Assembly (NCBI RefSeq): GCF_006345805.1
Contig: NC_043007.1
Coordinates: 38,564,001-38,628,000, forward strand
Length of the DNA stretch: 64,000 nt
Direction: 5' to 3'
From: Octopus sinensis
Taxonomy: Eukaryota
The notes under the pieces are model-generated. The model did no database searches, was not told the DNA's origin, and saw only the letters and a program-made list of their open reading frames with translations. The position numbers and the translations under genes were made by a program. Shown piece by piece: positions 32,573 to 46,089 of this stretch; position 1 is the first letter of the stretch; each line of letters begins with the position of its first letter.

Positions 32573-33745
32573 TCGATAAAATAAATAACAGATTTGAAAA
32601 AAAAAAAAAGGGATTGAAAAAATATGAAGTACTGGGGTTGATTTCTTTGACTGAACTCCTCAAGGCTACCATCTTTGACTGAACTCCTCAAGGCTGCTTT
32701 CCAATAACTAAAGCAAGTATAAGATGAAATAAAATTAAGAACAAAAATAACAATGAAATACAAAACAAAAATCATTAAAAAAAAATTATTTTAAATTTGA
32801 ACAGTTAGTCTAGTTAAGAAGGAAGAGAAAAAGTGTAAATAAACATATCTATGAAGGTCATCAACTATGTTTGTGTGACATAATAATGTGATTCTGCCAT
32901 TCAGCTAACTTTGAACTTACACTGTTTTACTTCCACCTTCAAATATCCTGCTTCTAATGTTGTTATTGTTGTTGTTGCTGCTGCTCTTGAAAACAATTTT
33001 ATGGAACAGAAAAAGAGGAAACAACAAACTATTGTGCGACAACTTTAAAATATTAATAGGTTGTTGTTGTTGTTTAACCCCAGGTCAACCCTGATTGAGT
33101 AGATCTATACTCAAAGTCTGTTTTTTTGTCTTTTTCTTTGGTGTGTCTGTGTGTTGGAGATTTCAGGTACGACATTATCCAATGTTACAGAGATGTACTT
33201 GCATAGAAAGTGACCTGATCTGAGATCGTGTGCTGGAACGAAAACAATTGTAACGTGGAAGGTGTTTATAAGCCATTTAAGAAACAGGTTGTAGTCTCAA
33301 AGCGATGAAAATATTTTGACAAATTAAATTTAAATGTTGAAATGAATCTAACAGTTTTTGTGTGTTTCTTAAATGGCTTATAAACACCTTCCACACTGCA
33401 ATTATTATCCAATGTGTTTCTATTCAAGACAACAAAGTTTGATTTCAAGTAAATTTGGCTGCTGTTTTTAGAGGTCGAGCAACCACTTATAGGCTTCTGC
33501 ATAACTTCTATATTAATAGTGTATTTTCGTTGATGTGTAAATGTAATCATCATTATCATAGTCATCATTATCATAGTCATGATCATCATCATTTAATGTC
33601 CATTTTCCATGCTGGCATGGGTTTAAACAGTTTGACATGATTCAATGAGTCAGAAGACAGCACTGAACCCAGTATCTGGTTCAGTATCATTTGCCCCTCC
33701 GAAAACGAATTCCTTTGTAGAGTGTTACTTGAATCTTTCACTCCC

Positions 33746-33789
<44 letters not shown>

Positions 33790-34030
33790 TTCTTCTTCTT
33801 CTTCTTCTTCTTCTTCTTCTTCTTCTTCTTCTTCTTCTTCTTCTTCTTCTTCTTCTTCTTCTTTCTTAATCGTCATCATCATCATCATCATCTAACGTCT
33901 GTTGTCCATGCGGGCATGGGTTGGACAGTTTAACTAGGGTTGGCAAGCTGGAAGGCTGCACCAGACTCCAGTCTGATCTGGCATGGTTTCTACAGCTGGA
34001 TACCCTTCCTGATGCCAACCAGTCCAAGAG
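33746..34030 (-). mobile_element. RTE 3'-end copy with adjoining (CAT)n(CTT)n tracts
   Basis: catcatcatctaacgtctgttgtccatgcgggcatgggttggacag...ctggatacccttcctgatgccaacc. Confidence 0.75.
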
Positions 34031-34654
34031 TGTACTTAACCCACACAGCTGTGAATAAAATTCACTACCAACCACCATCGAGTTTGTCAATCTGTCTCTG
34101 CCTACCAACCACCGTTGAAGTCCGTCCGTCTTTGTATATCACCAAAGAGCTATCGAACACACGAACACAGTTGGCAACGTCTGTCTGTCACACACTGCTA
34201 TCAACATCTACCTCGCCGACATCGTCATTTTCAACCAACCACCACGGAGTCAACTTGACGTAAGAACAACTTTTATTAAACTAACAACCAACGAACAACG
34301 TTAAGGTGGTATCAACATTAAATTAGTGGGCCAAAAACCTACTAAAGTGGTGACTTCAGAACCTTCTATTCACTGTAGCCAGCTTCATCGCTAAACTTTC
34401 ATTCCTGCTTGGTCAATGAAACGAATAACATTTGTAAACTAGAGTTAATTCAATCAATTGTACTACCTCCCACCACATCTGTGGCCTGGCACCAGAGTTT
34501 TAAAAAATCAAGAGGTAACGAAATTGCTGCAATAATGGGAGCTCTAAACCAGATGACTTTCAGTAGCCAGCATGTTGCAATGGATATGTAGTGTCAGTGT
34601 GTATGTATGACAATGTGTAAATGTATTAGGAGAAAAAGTAGGTATAAGAGGTAG

Positions 34655-34886
34655 AAGGCGGCGAGCTGGCAGAATCGTTGGCACGCCGGGTGAAATGCGT
34701 AGCCGTATTTCGTCTGCCGTTACGTTCTGAGTTCAAATTCCGCCGAGGTCGACTTTGCCTTTCATCCTTTCGGGGTCGATAAATTAAGTACCAGTTACGC
34801 ACTGAGGATCAATATAATCGACTTAATCCGTTTGTCTGTCCTTGTTTGTCCTCTCTGTGTTTAGTCCCTTGTGGGTAGTAAAGAAA
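34655..34886 (+). mobile_element. Young family A SINE with ~13-bp TSD
   Basis: Near-consensus copy; TAGGTATAAGAGG at 34639-34651 and 34887-34899. Confidence 0.9.
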
Positions 34887-35079
34887 TAGGTATAAGAGGC
34901 AGGAAGCAAGCCTGTCAACCATACAGCCACAGTTGCATGTACAGGGTGGAGAAGAGAGGATGGACGTTTTTGAAATGGCTATTACTCAGCTCCAGTGGGA
35001 GGGACATATGTCCGTCAGGTACCATTCGGTCCGGGGTATCTTAGCATTTTTATTCCTTTTCAAGTGAAGCTATGCCACT

Positions 35080-36627
35080 GTGGACGATACAGCATCACCT
35101 TTGCCTATGACAGTTACGTGAAGAATAACGAGTTTGTCACAATAGTTCAGCATGAATTTCGGCGCCACTTCAACATTCACCAAAATCAGGCTGTTCCCAC
35201 CCGTAACACAATCTTACGTTGGTACACTAATGAATAGGAGACTAGTGAGGACATCACGAACGGTACGGATCCTGGAAAATGTGGAATGCGTCAGACAAGC
35301 TTTGATACGGAGTCCGAATCTCTCTGCTCGGAGGCATTCCACTGAACTTGCCATCAGTAATTGATCGGTAGGCGTATTTTGCATGAAGACCTGCATTTGC
35401 ATATATTCATTTGCATGAAGACCTGGCATTTGCCATATTCTGAACGCCTTACTTAGCTGGGCATAGATACATTGAAACTCCGACGTCTGGCAGCTGACTT
35501 GGCAGACACCCATAAAATTATTAACCATCTTACTAACAATAACTCTGAGCACCTTTTCAAACTCCACCTGTCTAACATCCGTGGACATGTTTACAAAGTC
35601 AGAAAACAGCACAGCTCCCATGACTTTCGGAAACATGTTTTCAAGCTAAGAGTTGTTGAAGCATGGAACAAACTGCCGGCATCAGTTGTTAGTTGTCGGA
35701 GCACTGCATCCTTCAAAAATTTCCATGCTTCCTGAGATTCACCAACACTACTCCTGATTTTTTCCCCTCCATATACACACAAGCATGATCTGACTCATAC
35801 ACTGTTCACTTTCCAGACATTTGTACATTACTGCATATGCTTTATACGCACTTTTGACAAGTTGTGGTGCACCTGAGCACTGTATACAATAAATTCATTA
35901 TTATTATTTCCACCCGTACAAATTGGTAATTGGACAACAGTTGAAACCATAGGATTATGCACAGCGGCTTAACTTCGCATGTCAGATGGAAGCAATTTTT
36001 GAGGCAAATAACAACCTCATTTTGATAATGAGTAATGAAGTTCATTTTCATTTCAGTGGCATGGTGAATCAACAGAACTGTCGTTATTGGGCTTTTGAAA
36101 ATCCGAGAGAACTGCACGAAAGACCACCACACAGCCCAAAAGTGACAGTCTGGTGTGCTGTTGGAAAAGCTGCCGACACTGGTCCTTACTTTTTTGAAGA
36201 CAATAATAGAAATGATGTTACTATGAACTCTGAGTGTTACATTGAGATGATAAACAACTTCTATGTGCCTGAATTACGACGAAAACGTATGCCTGTTCGA
36301 CGCGCGTGGTTTCAGCAGGAAGGGGTGACGTCTCACACAGCCAGAACATCGATGGACGTTCTTCGCCCTCTCTTCGGTGACCGCCTCATTTCCAGGCTTG
36401 ATGACATTCCCTCACCCCATCGGTTCCCTGATTTGTCCATGTGTGATTATTTCTTGTGGAGGAACCTCAAGGCATGTGTGCATGTGCATAAGCCCCATAC
36501 ATTGGACAATTTGAAGGAAGTTATTCGCATGGAAGTTGCCCAAAATCTACATCAATGCTGGAGAAAGTGGAGGCTAATTTCCAAGAACACCTTCAGAAAT
36601 GCATCAATGAAAACGGACACCACGTGA
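35080..36627 (+). pseudogene. DD41D transposase, interrupted and decayed
   Basis: REF-like HEFRRHFNI..PTRNTILRW; RILHEDLH|FHPYK rejoined across the insertion; MSNE (D to N), KVTVWCAV, GPYFFE, WFQQEG (D to E), then 41 residues to CDYFLW. Confidence 0.85.
35433..35907 (+). mobile_element. 5'-truncated CR1 3' end inserted in the transposase
   Basis: LRRLAADLADTHKIINHLTNNNSEHLF...HDFRKH matches ORF 15453-16463; ends with (ATT)n. Confidence 0.92.
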
Positions 36628-38041
36628 TGGATGTTGTTTTCTACACTTGATTTTGACAAATGCTAATCCAGCTCGAACATACTGATGTCAATAAAAATTT
36701 GTTTGCCGCTAAAATTAATGATTTTGTGAGTTTTTCAAAAAAACGTCAGTCCTCTCTGCTCCGCCCTATATACGAATAAATTCTAAAACATTTTTTGTTT
36801 CATTTAATTTTTTGTTAAAATTATGGTGTTGTAAGTCGTCCTTAAAATATAGGGATAGATCCCATCGTTTTAGGAAAATTATATAGAGAACTACTGCCAG
36901 AGTGTATAAATCATAGGGTAAAATAGTGAAATGTCGTGAGTGAAGTTGGGTAAGAAATATGATATAGTGTAGAATAGAGTTGAAGTATAAATAGAAACGT
37001 ATAAAAGCGATTGTCACTTGCTATCTACCTACCTACCTACCTACCTACCTACCTACCTACATACATACATACATACATACATACATAAAAGTGGTAAGGT
37101 ATGATTTGAAGGAAAATTGACTGCTGCTTTATGTAGGGCGATTAACAGCGATACAGCTCACGCTATTGAATTATATAGAAATAGATATGCGGCTGTAATG
37201 TCATGCAAGAAGCTGTTCCAATAGATTCATGTTTCATGTGGCTGTTAATTCGTACTTTCGTGGAAAGACAGCTTATTACTTTTTTTTTTCTTCTTTTGGG
37301 ACAGTAACAACTTATATATCGTGTAAGAAATTCGATTATAATTTATATATAACAAAACATTTTTTTAAAAATTTCAGTCAAAGGGAAAGAACTCTTCATT
37401 AGTCACTAGTGTAAGGGAGATAACTCAAATGTTTCTCTCGATCATCAATATTTAAAGAATAATGGCTTACTCTCTTTTTTTTCTCTCTGTTTACATACGT
37501 ATTTATGTCTTTAGTGCATTGTTTAATGTCTTTCTTTTTTTAAGATATTAGAATGTGGTTATAAGGATTTTGGTTGCTATTTCTACCGGTTTGAACAACC
37601 ATTTATGGTCTCCCTAATTGGCTCACTATAGAAAGTGTTGAACTAAGCTCTTGAACAAATAAAACATTTATCAGGACATACATACAAACTTATTGTGGAG
37701 TTTGATAAGTTTGTATGTATGTCCTGAGAAGAACAGGAAATTGACCTTTAGAGATTGACTCTTTGTCTGAGAGATAAAAAAAATTTCCTCTTTCTGACGA
37801 AGAGCTATTTATAATGGATCCCTTGTCAGTCTCAATGTGAGCATTTGGTTGTTGGACCAACTAAATTCCTAATCACGAAAATAATGTCTAAAAGTTAATG
37901 TCATAAGTACCCTTATTGTATTTCTCAAACTGAAATAGCGTGACACAAGACAGCGGCTTTCAATCGCAATACAATCAAGAGAGGAGAGAGGAGGGAGGAG
38001 CAGAATCAGTGTCAATACTGGAGTGATACTGTATTCATCAA

Positions 38042-38281
38042 CAAGGCGGCGAGCTGGCACAAACGTTAGCACGCCGGGCGAAATGCTTTGCGATATTTCG
38101 TCTGCCGCTACGTTCTGAGTTCAAATTCCGCCGAGGTCGACTTTGCCTTTCATCCTTTCGGGGTCGATTAAATAAGTACTAGTTGCGCACTGGGGTCGAT
38201 ATAATCGACTTTATCCGTTTGACTGTCCTTGTTTGTCCTCTCTGTGTTTAGCCCCTTGTGGGTAGTAAAGAAATAGAAATA
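38042..38281 (+). mobile_element. Young family A SINE with 17-bp TSD
   Basis: GATACTGTATTCATCAA at 38025-38041 and 38282-38298. Confidence 0.93.
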
Positions 38282-39239
38282 GATACTGTATTCATCAATC
38301 CTGAAAGAAGGAAAAGTAAAGATGGGTTTGGTATGATTTGAACTCAGAGTACACAGAAGTGGACCTATTTATACAAAGCATCCATTCTCACTCTAACAAT
38401 TATATCAAGTCGCTTCCATTGATTGTAACATGTCGGTGTATGAGGTTTTAATAATTTGACTGGTTACTAACTTAATACATGACTATACATCCTCTATTCT
38501 CCTGTCTACCTCTCTGTTCTTGTCTGTCTTTGTCTTTTTATTCTTTCTTTTTGTAGATCTCGTTTCTTTTATACCCTCTAGAATAAATCTCATTGGAGTG
38601 ATCTGTCGCCACATAATCACTTGGAAGTCTTAGGGTTGCTTATTTAAAATTATATTGGCTAGACTTTTGTTGATGTCATTACTCAATGTACCAAAATTCT
38701 GGTTCTTGTTATATAAAGAATTTCCTAATGAAAACTAAGTTCCAGGCTTGAATCAAAGTGTGTATCTGCTACACTCTACAATTATAAATTTGAGAGGTGC
38801 AATGATGACATCACTATAGATGAATGCCCATTGATGGCTGTAGGTTATTATGGAAGAAGGGTCAAACTGAATATGTGACTCAGTTCATCATGTCTCTGTT
38901 AGTTAAGTGAATATATACAGATTGATCCAAGTAGAGTCATCATTGACTGATGGAGATGGTTGGCTCCTTCCTTTTGTAATATATTCTTTATATTGCCACT
39001 TTAAAAAAAAATAATGTTTTTACTCTGTGATGATGGATTGCAGTTTAAGAAAAGTTTGTTGGGGAATTTACCAAGAATGTGATGCAAGCATCTCCAAAGA
39101 CCCAATCTCTGATGATGTGAAAGAGCTAATAACGTTACAAAAAAATTAAAGTAACATTGGTTCACTGTTGAATATGAAAAAAAAAGTTAAAAAATTAAAA
39201 CCTGCCAAAATAGAAATGAATATTTCTAACATAGGCCCA

Positions 39240-40020
39240 AGGTAAGAAATTTTTGAGTGACAGACAATCAGTAATGTTAATCCAGGTAGTTTACTACCAC
39301 TTTATTTTATTGACTCCAGAAGGATGAAAGTTGCCACCCTTAGCAGGATTTGAATTCAGTAGAGAAAGAGCTGAAATAAATGTGGCAACATTCCTTGTCC
39401 AATGTTCAAATGATTCTGCCAATCTATTGTTTTAAATAATAACTGTTTCTAATATATAACAAGTATATCTGCTGAGGTTGATTTTACCTTTCATTCCTTT
39501 GGGGTCATTAATTAAGTACCAGTTGAACACTGGGGTCGATGTAATTGACTTACCCCTCCCCTAAAATCGCTGGTCTAGCGCCAAAATTTGAAAGCAGCAA
39601 GCTGGCAGAATCATTAGTATGCCAGGCAAAATGCTTAGTAGCATTTTGTCCATCTTTACATTCTGAGTTCAAGTTCTGCCAAGGTTGACTTTGCCTTTCA
39701 TCCTTTTGGGGTTGATAAAATAAGTACTTATTGACTCCTGGGGTCGAGATAATCAACTTACCCCTCTCCCAAAATTACTGGCCTTGTGCCAAAATTTGAA
39801 ACCAATATATAATAAGTATAAGGTCACAAGCTGGCAGAATCGTTAGTATGCTGGACAAAATGTTTTGTGGCATTTTGTCTTTATGTTCTGAGTTCAGATT
39901 CTGCTGAGGCTGATTTTGTCTTTCATCTTTTTGGGTTTGATAAAATAAGTACCAGTGGAACAGGGGTCAATGCAATCAACTTACTCCCTACCCCAAAACT
40001 GCTGACCTTGTGTCAATATA
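39240..40020. mobile_element. Cluster of about 4 decayed family A SINEs
   Basis: Core remnants near 39330 (minus), 39490, 39680 and 39910. Confidence 0.75.
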
Positions 40021-40699
40021 TAACAAGTATACAAGTAGGTACAGGTGTGGCTATAGGCACATGCATGGCTGAGTGATTGAGAAAGTTGTTTCCCATTCAT
40101 ATGAGTTGGGCTTCAGTCCCACTGTGTGATATCTTGGGCAAATGTCTTCTACTATAGCCCTGGACTCATTGAAATCTTGTGAGTGAATCCAGGTGAAAAA
40201 AAATTAGAGGTTAAAGTATTCTCTTTACAATCATAAGGTCATGAGTTCAATTCCTGACTATGTGTTGTGTCCTTGAGAGAAAACACTTTATTTCATGTTT
40301 CTCCATCCACTCAGCTGGCAAAAATGAATTGTGCCTGTAGTTCAAAGGGCTGGCCTTATCACATTCTGTGTCATGCTGAATCTCCATGAGAACTACATTA
40401 AGGGTATCCATGTGTGTGGAGTGCTCAGCTACTTGCATGTTACATTTCATGAGCAGGTTGTTCCATTGATCGGATCGACCAGAACACTTGTTGTCGTAAC
40501 TGATGGAATGCCTAAGGCTTCAGTGTGTCAATGTTGTTTATCATGTATTACAAGGACAATAAAGGCAGTGAGCTGGCAGAATCGTTAACACACCAGACAA
40601 AATACTAAGTGGTAGGCAGTTCTTCTGACTTACATGCTGAGTTGAAATTTCACTGAGGTCATCTTTGCTTTTCAGCCTTTCAGGGTTGATAGAATAAGT

Positions 40700-41052
40700 A
40701 GTTCGTGTCCGTTGCCAGCCTCGCCTGGCCCCCGTGCCGGTGGCACGTAAAAGCACCATCTGTTCGTGTCCGTTGCCAGCCTCGCCTGGCCCCCGTGCCG
40801 GTGGCACGTAAAAGCACCATCTGTTCGTGGCCGTTTGCCAGCTCCGTCTGGCACCTGTGCGGGTGGCACGTAAAAAGCACCTACTACACTCACGGAGTGG
40901 TTGGCGTTAGGAAGGGCATCCAGCCGTAGAAACACTGCCAGATCTGACTGGGCCTGATGCGACCTTCCGGCTTCATAGACCCCAGTTGAACCGTCCAACC
41001 CATGCTAGCATGGAGAACGGACGCTAAATGATGATGATGATGATGATGATGA
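40700..41052 (+). mobile_element. RTE 3'-end copy with 61-bp tandem unit, inserted in a family A SINE
   Basis: gttcgtgtccgttgccagcctcgcctggcccccgtgccggtggcacgtaaaagcaccatc x2.5, then the RTE tail and (GAT)n; SINE sequence resumes as aacactggggtc. Confidence 0.85.
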
Positions 41053-41150
41053 ACACTGGGGTCAAAGTAGTCAACTACCCACTCTCTCAAAATTTCAGAC
41101 CTTGTGCCTGTAGTAGAAAGAAAACTATTACAAGGATAATAAAGGCAGCA

Positions 41151-41470
41151 TGGAGGCGCAATGGCCCAGTGGTTAGGGCAGCGGACTTGTGGTCATAGAA
41201 TCGCGGTTTCGATTCCCAGACCGGGCATTGTAAGTGTTTATTGAGCAAAAACACCTAAAGCTCCACGAGGCTCCAGCAGGGAGTGGTGGTGAACCCTGCT
41301 GTACTCTTTCACCACAACTTTCTCTCACTCTTTCTTCCTGTTTCTGTTGTACCTGTATTTCAAAAGGCCAGCCTTGTCACACTCTGTATCATGCTGAATC
41401 TCCTTGAGAATTACGTTAAGGGTACATATGTCTGTGGAGTGCTCAGCCACTTGCACGTTAATAAATGAGC
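41151..41470 (+). mobile_element. tRNA-derived SINE, family C
   Basis: GGAGGCGCAATGGCCCAGTGGTTAGGGCAGCGGAC...GGTTTCGATTCCCAGACC (A- and B-box-like). Confidence 0.8.
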
Positions 41471-42868
41471 TGCGACGTTACTGGTGCCAAGCTATATTGG
41501 CCTTTGCCTTTCCCTTGGATAACATCGGTAGCGTGGAGAGGGAAAGCTGGTATGCATGGGTGACTGCTGGTCTTCCATAAACAACCTTGCCCAGACTTGT
41601 GCCTCGGAGGGTAACTTTCTAGGTGCAATCTCATGGTCATTCATGACCAAAGGAGATCACAAAAAAAAAAAAAACAGTGAGTTGGCAGAGTTTTTTGTAT
41701 AACAGATATAATGGTTCGTGGTATTTCTTCCAGCACTTTACATTCTAAGTCCAAATACTGTTGAAGTCAACTTTGCCTTTCATGCTTTCAGAGTTGATAA
41801 AATACCAGTGAAATTCTGGTCCAATGTAATTGACATGCCTGCAAAATTGCTAGACTTACACCAAAATTTAAAACAATATTACAAGGATAATAAACTAAAT
41901 TGATATCAGTATCTTCATTGTAAATGAATAAAAAATTGATAGAGGTAGTTAACGTTGATGAATCCTTTAACATATTCAACAGCCGTGACACCATTTTGGG
42001 TTTTGCTTTCATGTAGTATATGTAAGGCTTGGTGGAGCATGTCATTTTATAAGCTACACCTGCAGAACTCGTTGTTGTAGGTGTTTAATGGGAGTAAACT
42101 AGTTTCCATCAAACAGTCCAATGATCAAAAGCATTCCAACTGTAACAATAGTATTGTTTTGTATATCTAGGACTAGTGTTTATTCCATCCATCTATCCAT
42201 CTTTGCTGCCCACAATACCTGGGAAGGTTATGTGAGTTATGGAAGCATCTCCTCCACAGAATCCAATCAGAAGCAACCACCTTGCTACTGAATTCCCAAG
42301 TATGAACAATGGAAACTATGGATATTATCAAACAATCTTGTTCTTGGTTTATGTTTAGGTGTCCTGCCAGTTGATCATACTTTTCTTGTAGATGCAGTTT
42401 GAAAAGTGATGGTTTCTGGGCAATTGATTAATGTTGGATCTAGAGGCCTGGTGGTGGGGAATTGTGGAATGGATAGAGTATAAGTAACAAGAAGAGAGGT
42501 GAATAAGTTGGGGATGTCCGAATGACAATGGCATAAAACCAGCCAACTCTGAGGAAGAGCGGAAACTGTAGTATCAGCAGTAAAAAGAAGAGATAGGAAA
42601 TGGCATATTTGTGTGTCTGAGTGGGTACTGTGTTGGTAAATTGTGTCATTATTTGTCTGAGGTGGGATTGTGTTGGCAAGCTGTGTCACCATTTGTCTGA
42701 GGTGTGGGGACTGTGCTGGCAAGCTGTGTCACCATCTGTTTGTGGGGCAGAGGATGGATATGGTCTAAGGTACCAGTATATGTAGCATTAACAGTCCCAA
42801 CTATAGCAGTTCTCCTTTGTTAGTCTCACTCAAATACTAAAAATAATAGTTTTGCTCTCTCTCTAAAC

Positions 42869-43185
42869 CAGTGGTTCCCAAAGTGGGCGGTACTGCCCCC
42901 TTGGGGGCGATGGAAAGACTCAGGAGGGTGTTGAAGAAAAGTGGGGTGATAATGGAGTGGCCTAAATGAAGCAATGAATGAGGCAAAAAAAAACCCCCAA
43001 AATAATGGGTTAATTACATTAAATTATATTTGTGAAGTACAGTTGTTTTGAATTTGCAGCAGAAAATGGCCTTTGTTTGTGGTGGTGAGTTTGGTGTGTG
43101 GGGGGTGGGGGTGCTGGGGATGTGACCTGGGTGCTGCCCCCTTGGCAACCAGGCCACATCCCTAGCAAAGGTTTAGGAACCATTG
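42869..43185. mobile_element. hAT (Charlie-like) MITE
   Basis: CAGTGGTTCCCAAA...TTTAGGAACCATTG flanked by an exact 8-bp TSD CTCTAAAC (42861-42868, 43186-43193). Confidence 0.9.
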
Positions 43186-43864
43186 CTCTAAACAGAATTT
43201 GATCTAAGAATTTGGAAAGACAAAGACCTAATATTATCCATTCTGTGCTTGATAAGCACTTGCATTCTTGTCATTTAATTTTCATGAAAGAATACAAAGG
43301 AACTTTCCTGTTCCCTTGTTTCAGACATATTCTACTAGGCATCATCTTGTTAGCTAATGCAGTGAGTTAGAATAGTTGTTAAGTCATCGGATAGAGTATC
43401 TTGTGGTATTCATTCTGGCTCTCTGCGCTCTGAGTTCAAATACTGTTTAGATCAGCCTTACTTTTATCTTTTTAGGGTCAATACAGTACCACTCAAGTAC
43501 TGATCAATTCTTTGTCTTTTTCTCCTTCTTCTATCTTCTTCTTTTTCTCTACCACTCTTTCCTGTAATGGTTCCTGGATAGAAGTAGGATAACCCAAGGA
43601 AGGCTGTATATGTTCCATCAGAACTCTACCTCATTCCACATGATCCTTGTACCACAGGAGTAGGTGACTGAAAATTTTCATAATTATGTAACCCAAATAT
43701 ACAATCTCTTAGCTTTGTTGATTTGAAACCCCTAGATTACTGAATAATAACCTGTATTTTTAACCCTTTCATTACTATATTTCTGTTGATATACATTGTC
43801 TTTAGATTATATATATTTGACGGATATTTGTCCTCATCTTGTTTGTTGTCAACACATGTATATA

Positions 43865-44087
43865 TATGTGTGTGTGTGTGTGTTTGCGTGTCTGTGTTTG
43901 TCCCCCCAACATCGCTTGACAACCGATGCTGGTGTGTTTACGTCCCCATAACTTAGTGGTTCGGCAAAAGAGACCGATAGAATAAGTACTAGGCTTACAA
44001 AGAATAAGTCCTGGGCTCGGTTTGCTTGACTAAAGTGGTGCTCCAGCATGGCCACAGTCAAATGACTGAAACATGTAAAAGAGTAAA
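43865..44087 (+). mobile_element. SINE family B, 3' half
   Basis: aacatcgcttgacaaccgatgctggtgtgtttacgtcccc...gactgaaacatgtaaaagag. Confidence 0.85.
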
Positions 44088-44356
44088 TAGCATTTTCATT
44101 ATTAAGCTGGTGCTGGAAACATAAATATACATGAAATTTTTGTGGAAGATTATATTTAGGTTCAGGGTCAGTCCCAGGTGGGTTGGAATAAAAAAGGGTT
44201 TATAAACCCAATTGAACACATGTGTCATTTTTTTGAAAAGATCTTATTTTTCTATATATTACCTTTGTCTTTCTTTATGTTCTATTTTGCTGTCAATTAA
44301 CTCATGACTGTTTATTTACATACATGGAGACTGAGACATGCACACACACACACACA

Positions 44357-44394
<38 letters not shown>

Positions 44395-44791
44395 ACACAC
44401 ATGCACACACACACGCACACAAAGTTGTCAAGTCATGTAGAACTTCATACTGCAACAACTGATGAGTCATGGTTTCTTCCTCTCTTCCTTCCACTAATCT
44501 CAGAGGCCCTACTAAGATCATAGACACTGTGCTTCATCCTCTAAGTCGTTATGTGTGTATATATGATTTTGATTTTGATTTTTCCAGTTTCAGCTAATAA
44601 GCTGTGGCCATGCTGGGGCACTGCCATATTATATATATATATATATATATTATATAATATTATATATATAAATATATATATATATAAATTTTTTATATAT
44701 ATATAATATAAATATAAATTATTTATATATATATATATTTATATATATATTAATATATACATACACACAACACACACCACACACACATATA

Positions 44792-44792
44792 T

Positions 44793-44869
<77 letters not shown>

Positions 44870-44886
44870 GAGATAAATAGGTAGGT

Positions 44887-44918
<32 letters not shown>

Positions 44919-44923
44919 GATAG

Positions 44924-44956
<33 letters not shown>
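44792..44956. repeat. (AGAT)n microsatellite
   Basis: Read directly. Confidence 0.95.
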
Positions 44957-45129
44957 TAAATACATACAAGGGAGTGCTGAAAAGTTCTTGGCTTTGGGTA
45001 AAAGAAAATATAGGAGGATCAGTTAATTATAATTTTGTTCAGCATATTTCCCTTTCAGATTCACACACTTATTGCAATGGTGCTTCAGTTTCTCTAACCA
45101 TCTTTTATATCAATAATACACTGATGTGT

Positions 45130-45425
45130 GGAGGCGCAATGGCCTAGTGGTTAGGGCAGCGGACTCGTGGTCGTAGGATTGCGGTTTCGATTCCCAGACC
45201 GGGTGTCGTGAGTGTTTATTGAACAAAAACACCTAAAAGCTCCACAAGGCTCAGGCAGGGGGTGGTGATCCCTGCTGTACTCTTTCATCACTCTTTCTCC
45301 CACTCTTTCTTCTGTTGGCCTGCTCGCTTAGCCAGCGGGGTGGCGTCATTCGAAGGCTAAAACAATGCGAACGCATTGTGACCAACGATGTGTAACTACA
45401 TCTGATGGACTGGTCGGTCACGTGA
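45130..45425 (+). mobile_element. SINE family C
   Basis: Same head as 41151, different 3' half. Confidence 0.8.
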
Positions 45426-45601
45426 TGGTGATGGTGATGAATACACTGATGTAATAACAGATTGTTTATAAAGCTTTAAACACGTGTACTGCGATATAGT
45501 TTGTGTTCTGTTTTTAATTTTATTGATATATAGTATATATATGTATACAAATACATACATTTATATATATATATATATTTACATACATTATATATATATA
45601 C

Positions 45602-45648
<47 letters not shown>

Positions 45649-45884
45649 CAATGCAAAGTCACTTGATCCGCGAAAGAGAGGTGCAGCAATGGTAGTATCC
45701 AAGAGGTAAAGAAAAATCCGGTAGAGGTAAGTGTTGATAGTGGTATTGGTAGAATATAGGATGAAAGTGAGAACACGTGAGCGCATAATATATAACGGGA
45801 AGCTTATGAAAAAACAAAAGACGAAGGCAGGTGGAAGAAACGAACAATTGTATTAGTATGGCGCTCAGGAATATAAATAAAACA

Positions 45885-45924
45885 ATCTTTAACGTTTCGA
45901 GCCTACGCTCTTCAACAGAAAGAT
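45885..45924 (-). ncRNA. Hammerhead-like motif (CTGTTGA core), left arm
   Basis: ATCTTT-CTGTTGA-A-GAGC gtag GCTC-GAAA-CG-T-T^AAAGAT; A6 replaced by U. Confidence 0.5.
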
Positions 45925-46051
45925 ACACAGAGAGAGAAAAACACAGAAAGAAGGAGAGAAAAAAAAATGCGTGCAGTAGCTACGAATCAACATGGCGATC
46001 TGCACGCATTTTTTTTCTCTCCTTCTTTCTGTGTTTTTCTCTCTCTGTGTA

Positions 46052-46089
46052 TCTTTCTGTTGAAGAGCGTAGGCTCGAAACGTTAAAGA
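46052..46089 (+). ncRNA. Hammerhead-like motif (CTGTTGA core), right arm
   Basis: TCTTT-CTGTTGA-A-GAGC gtag GCTC-GAAA-CG-T-T^AAAGA. Confidence 0.5.

Larger units (their letters stand above)
34942..36768 (+). mobile_element. Tc1/mariner DD41D (rosa-like) transposon
   Basis: TA|CAGGGTGGAGAAGAGAGGATGGACGTTTTTGAAA ... TTTCAAAAAAACGTCAGTCCTCTCTGCTCCGCCCTA|TA (imperfect ~36-bp TIRs, TA TSD). Confidence 0.88.

Noticed and set aside
34040-34400. Possible solo LTR (CpG-rich, AATAAA on the minus strand)
   Set aside because: No convincing TG..CA termini or TSD; left unassigned.
39109-39122. CTGATGA-TGT-GAAA as a hammerhead
   Set aside because: Only 3 nt between the core halves and no helix I or III pairing.
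41151-41225. tRNA gene (also the heads at 26633, 45130 and 50783)
   Set aside because: A and B boxes are present but I could not build a full cloverleaf, and each continues into a shared SINE body.
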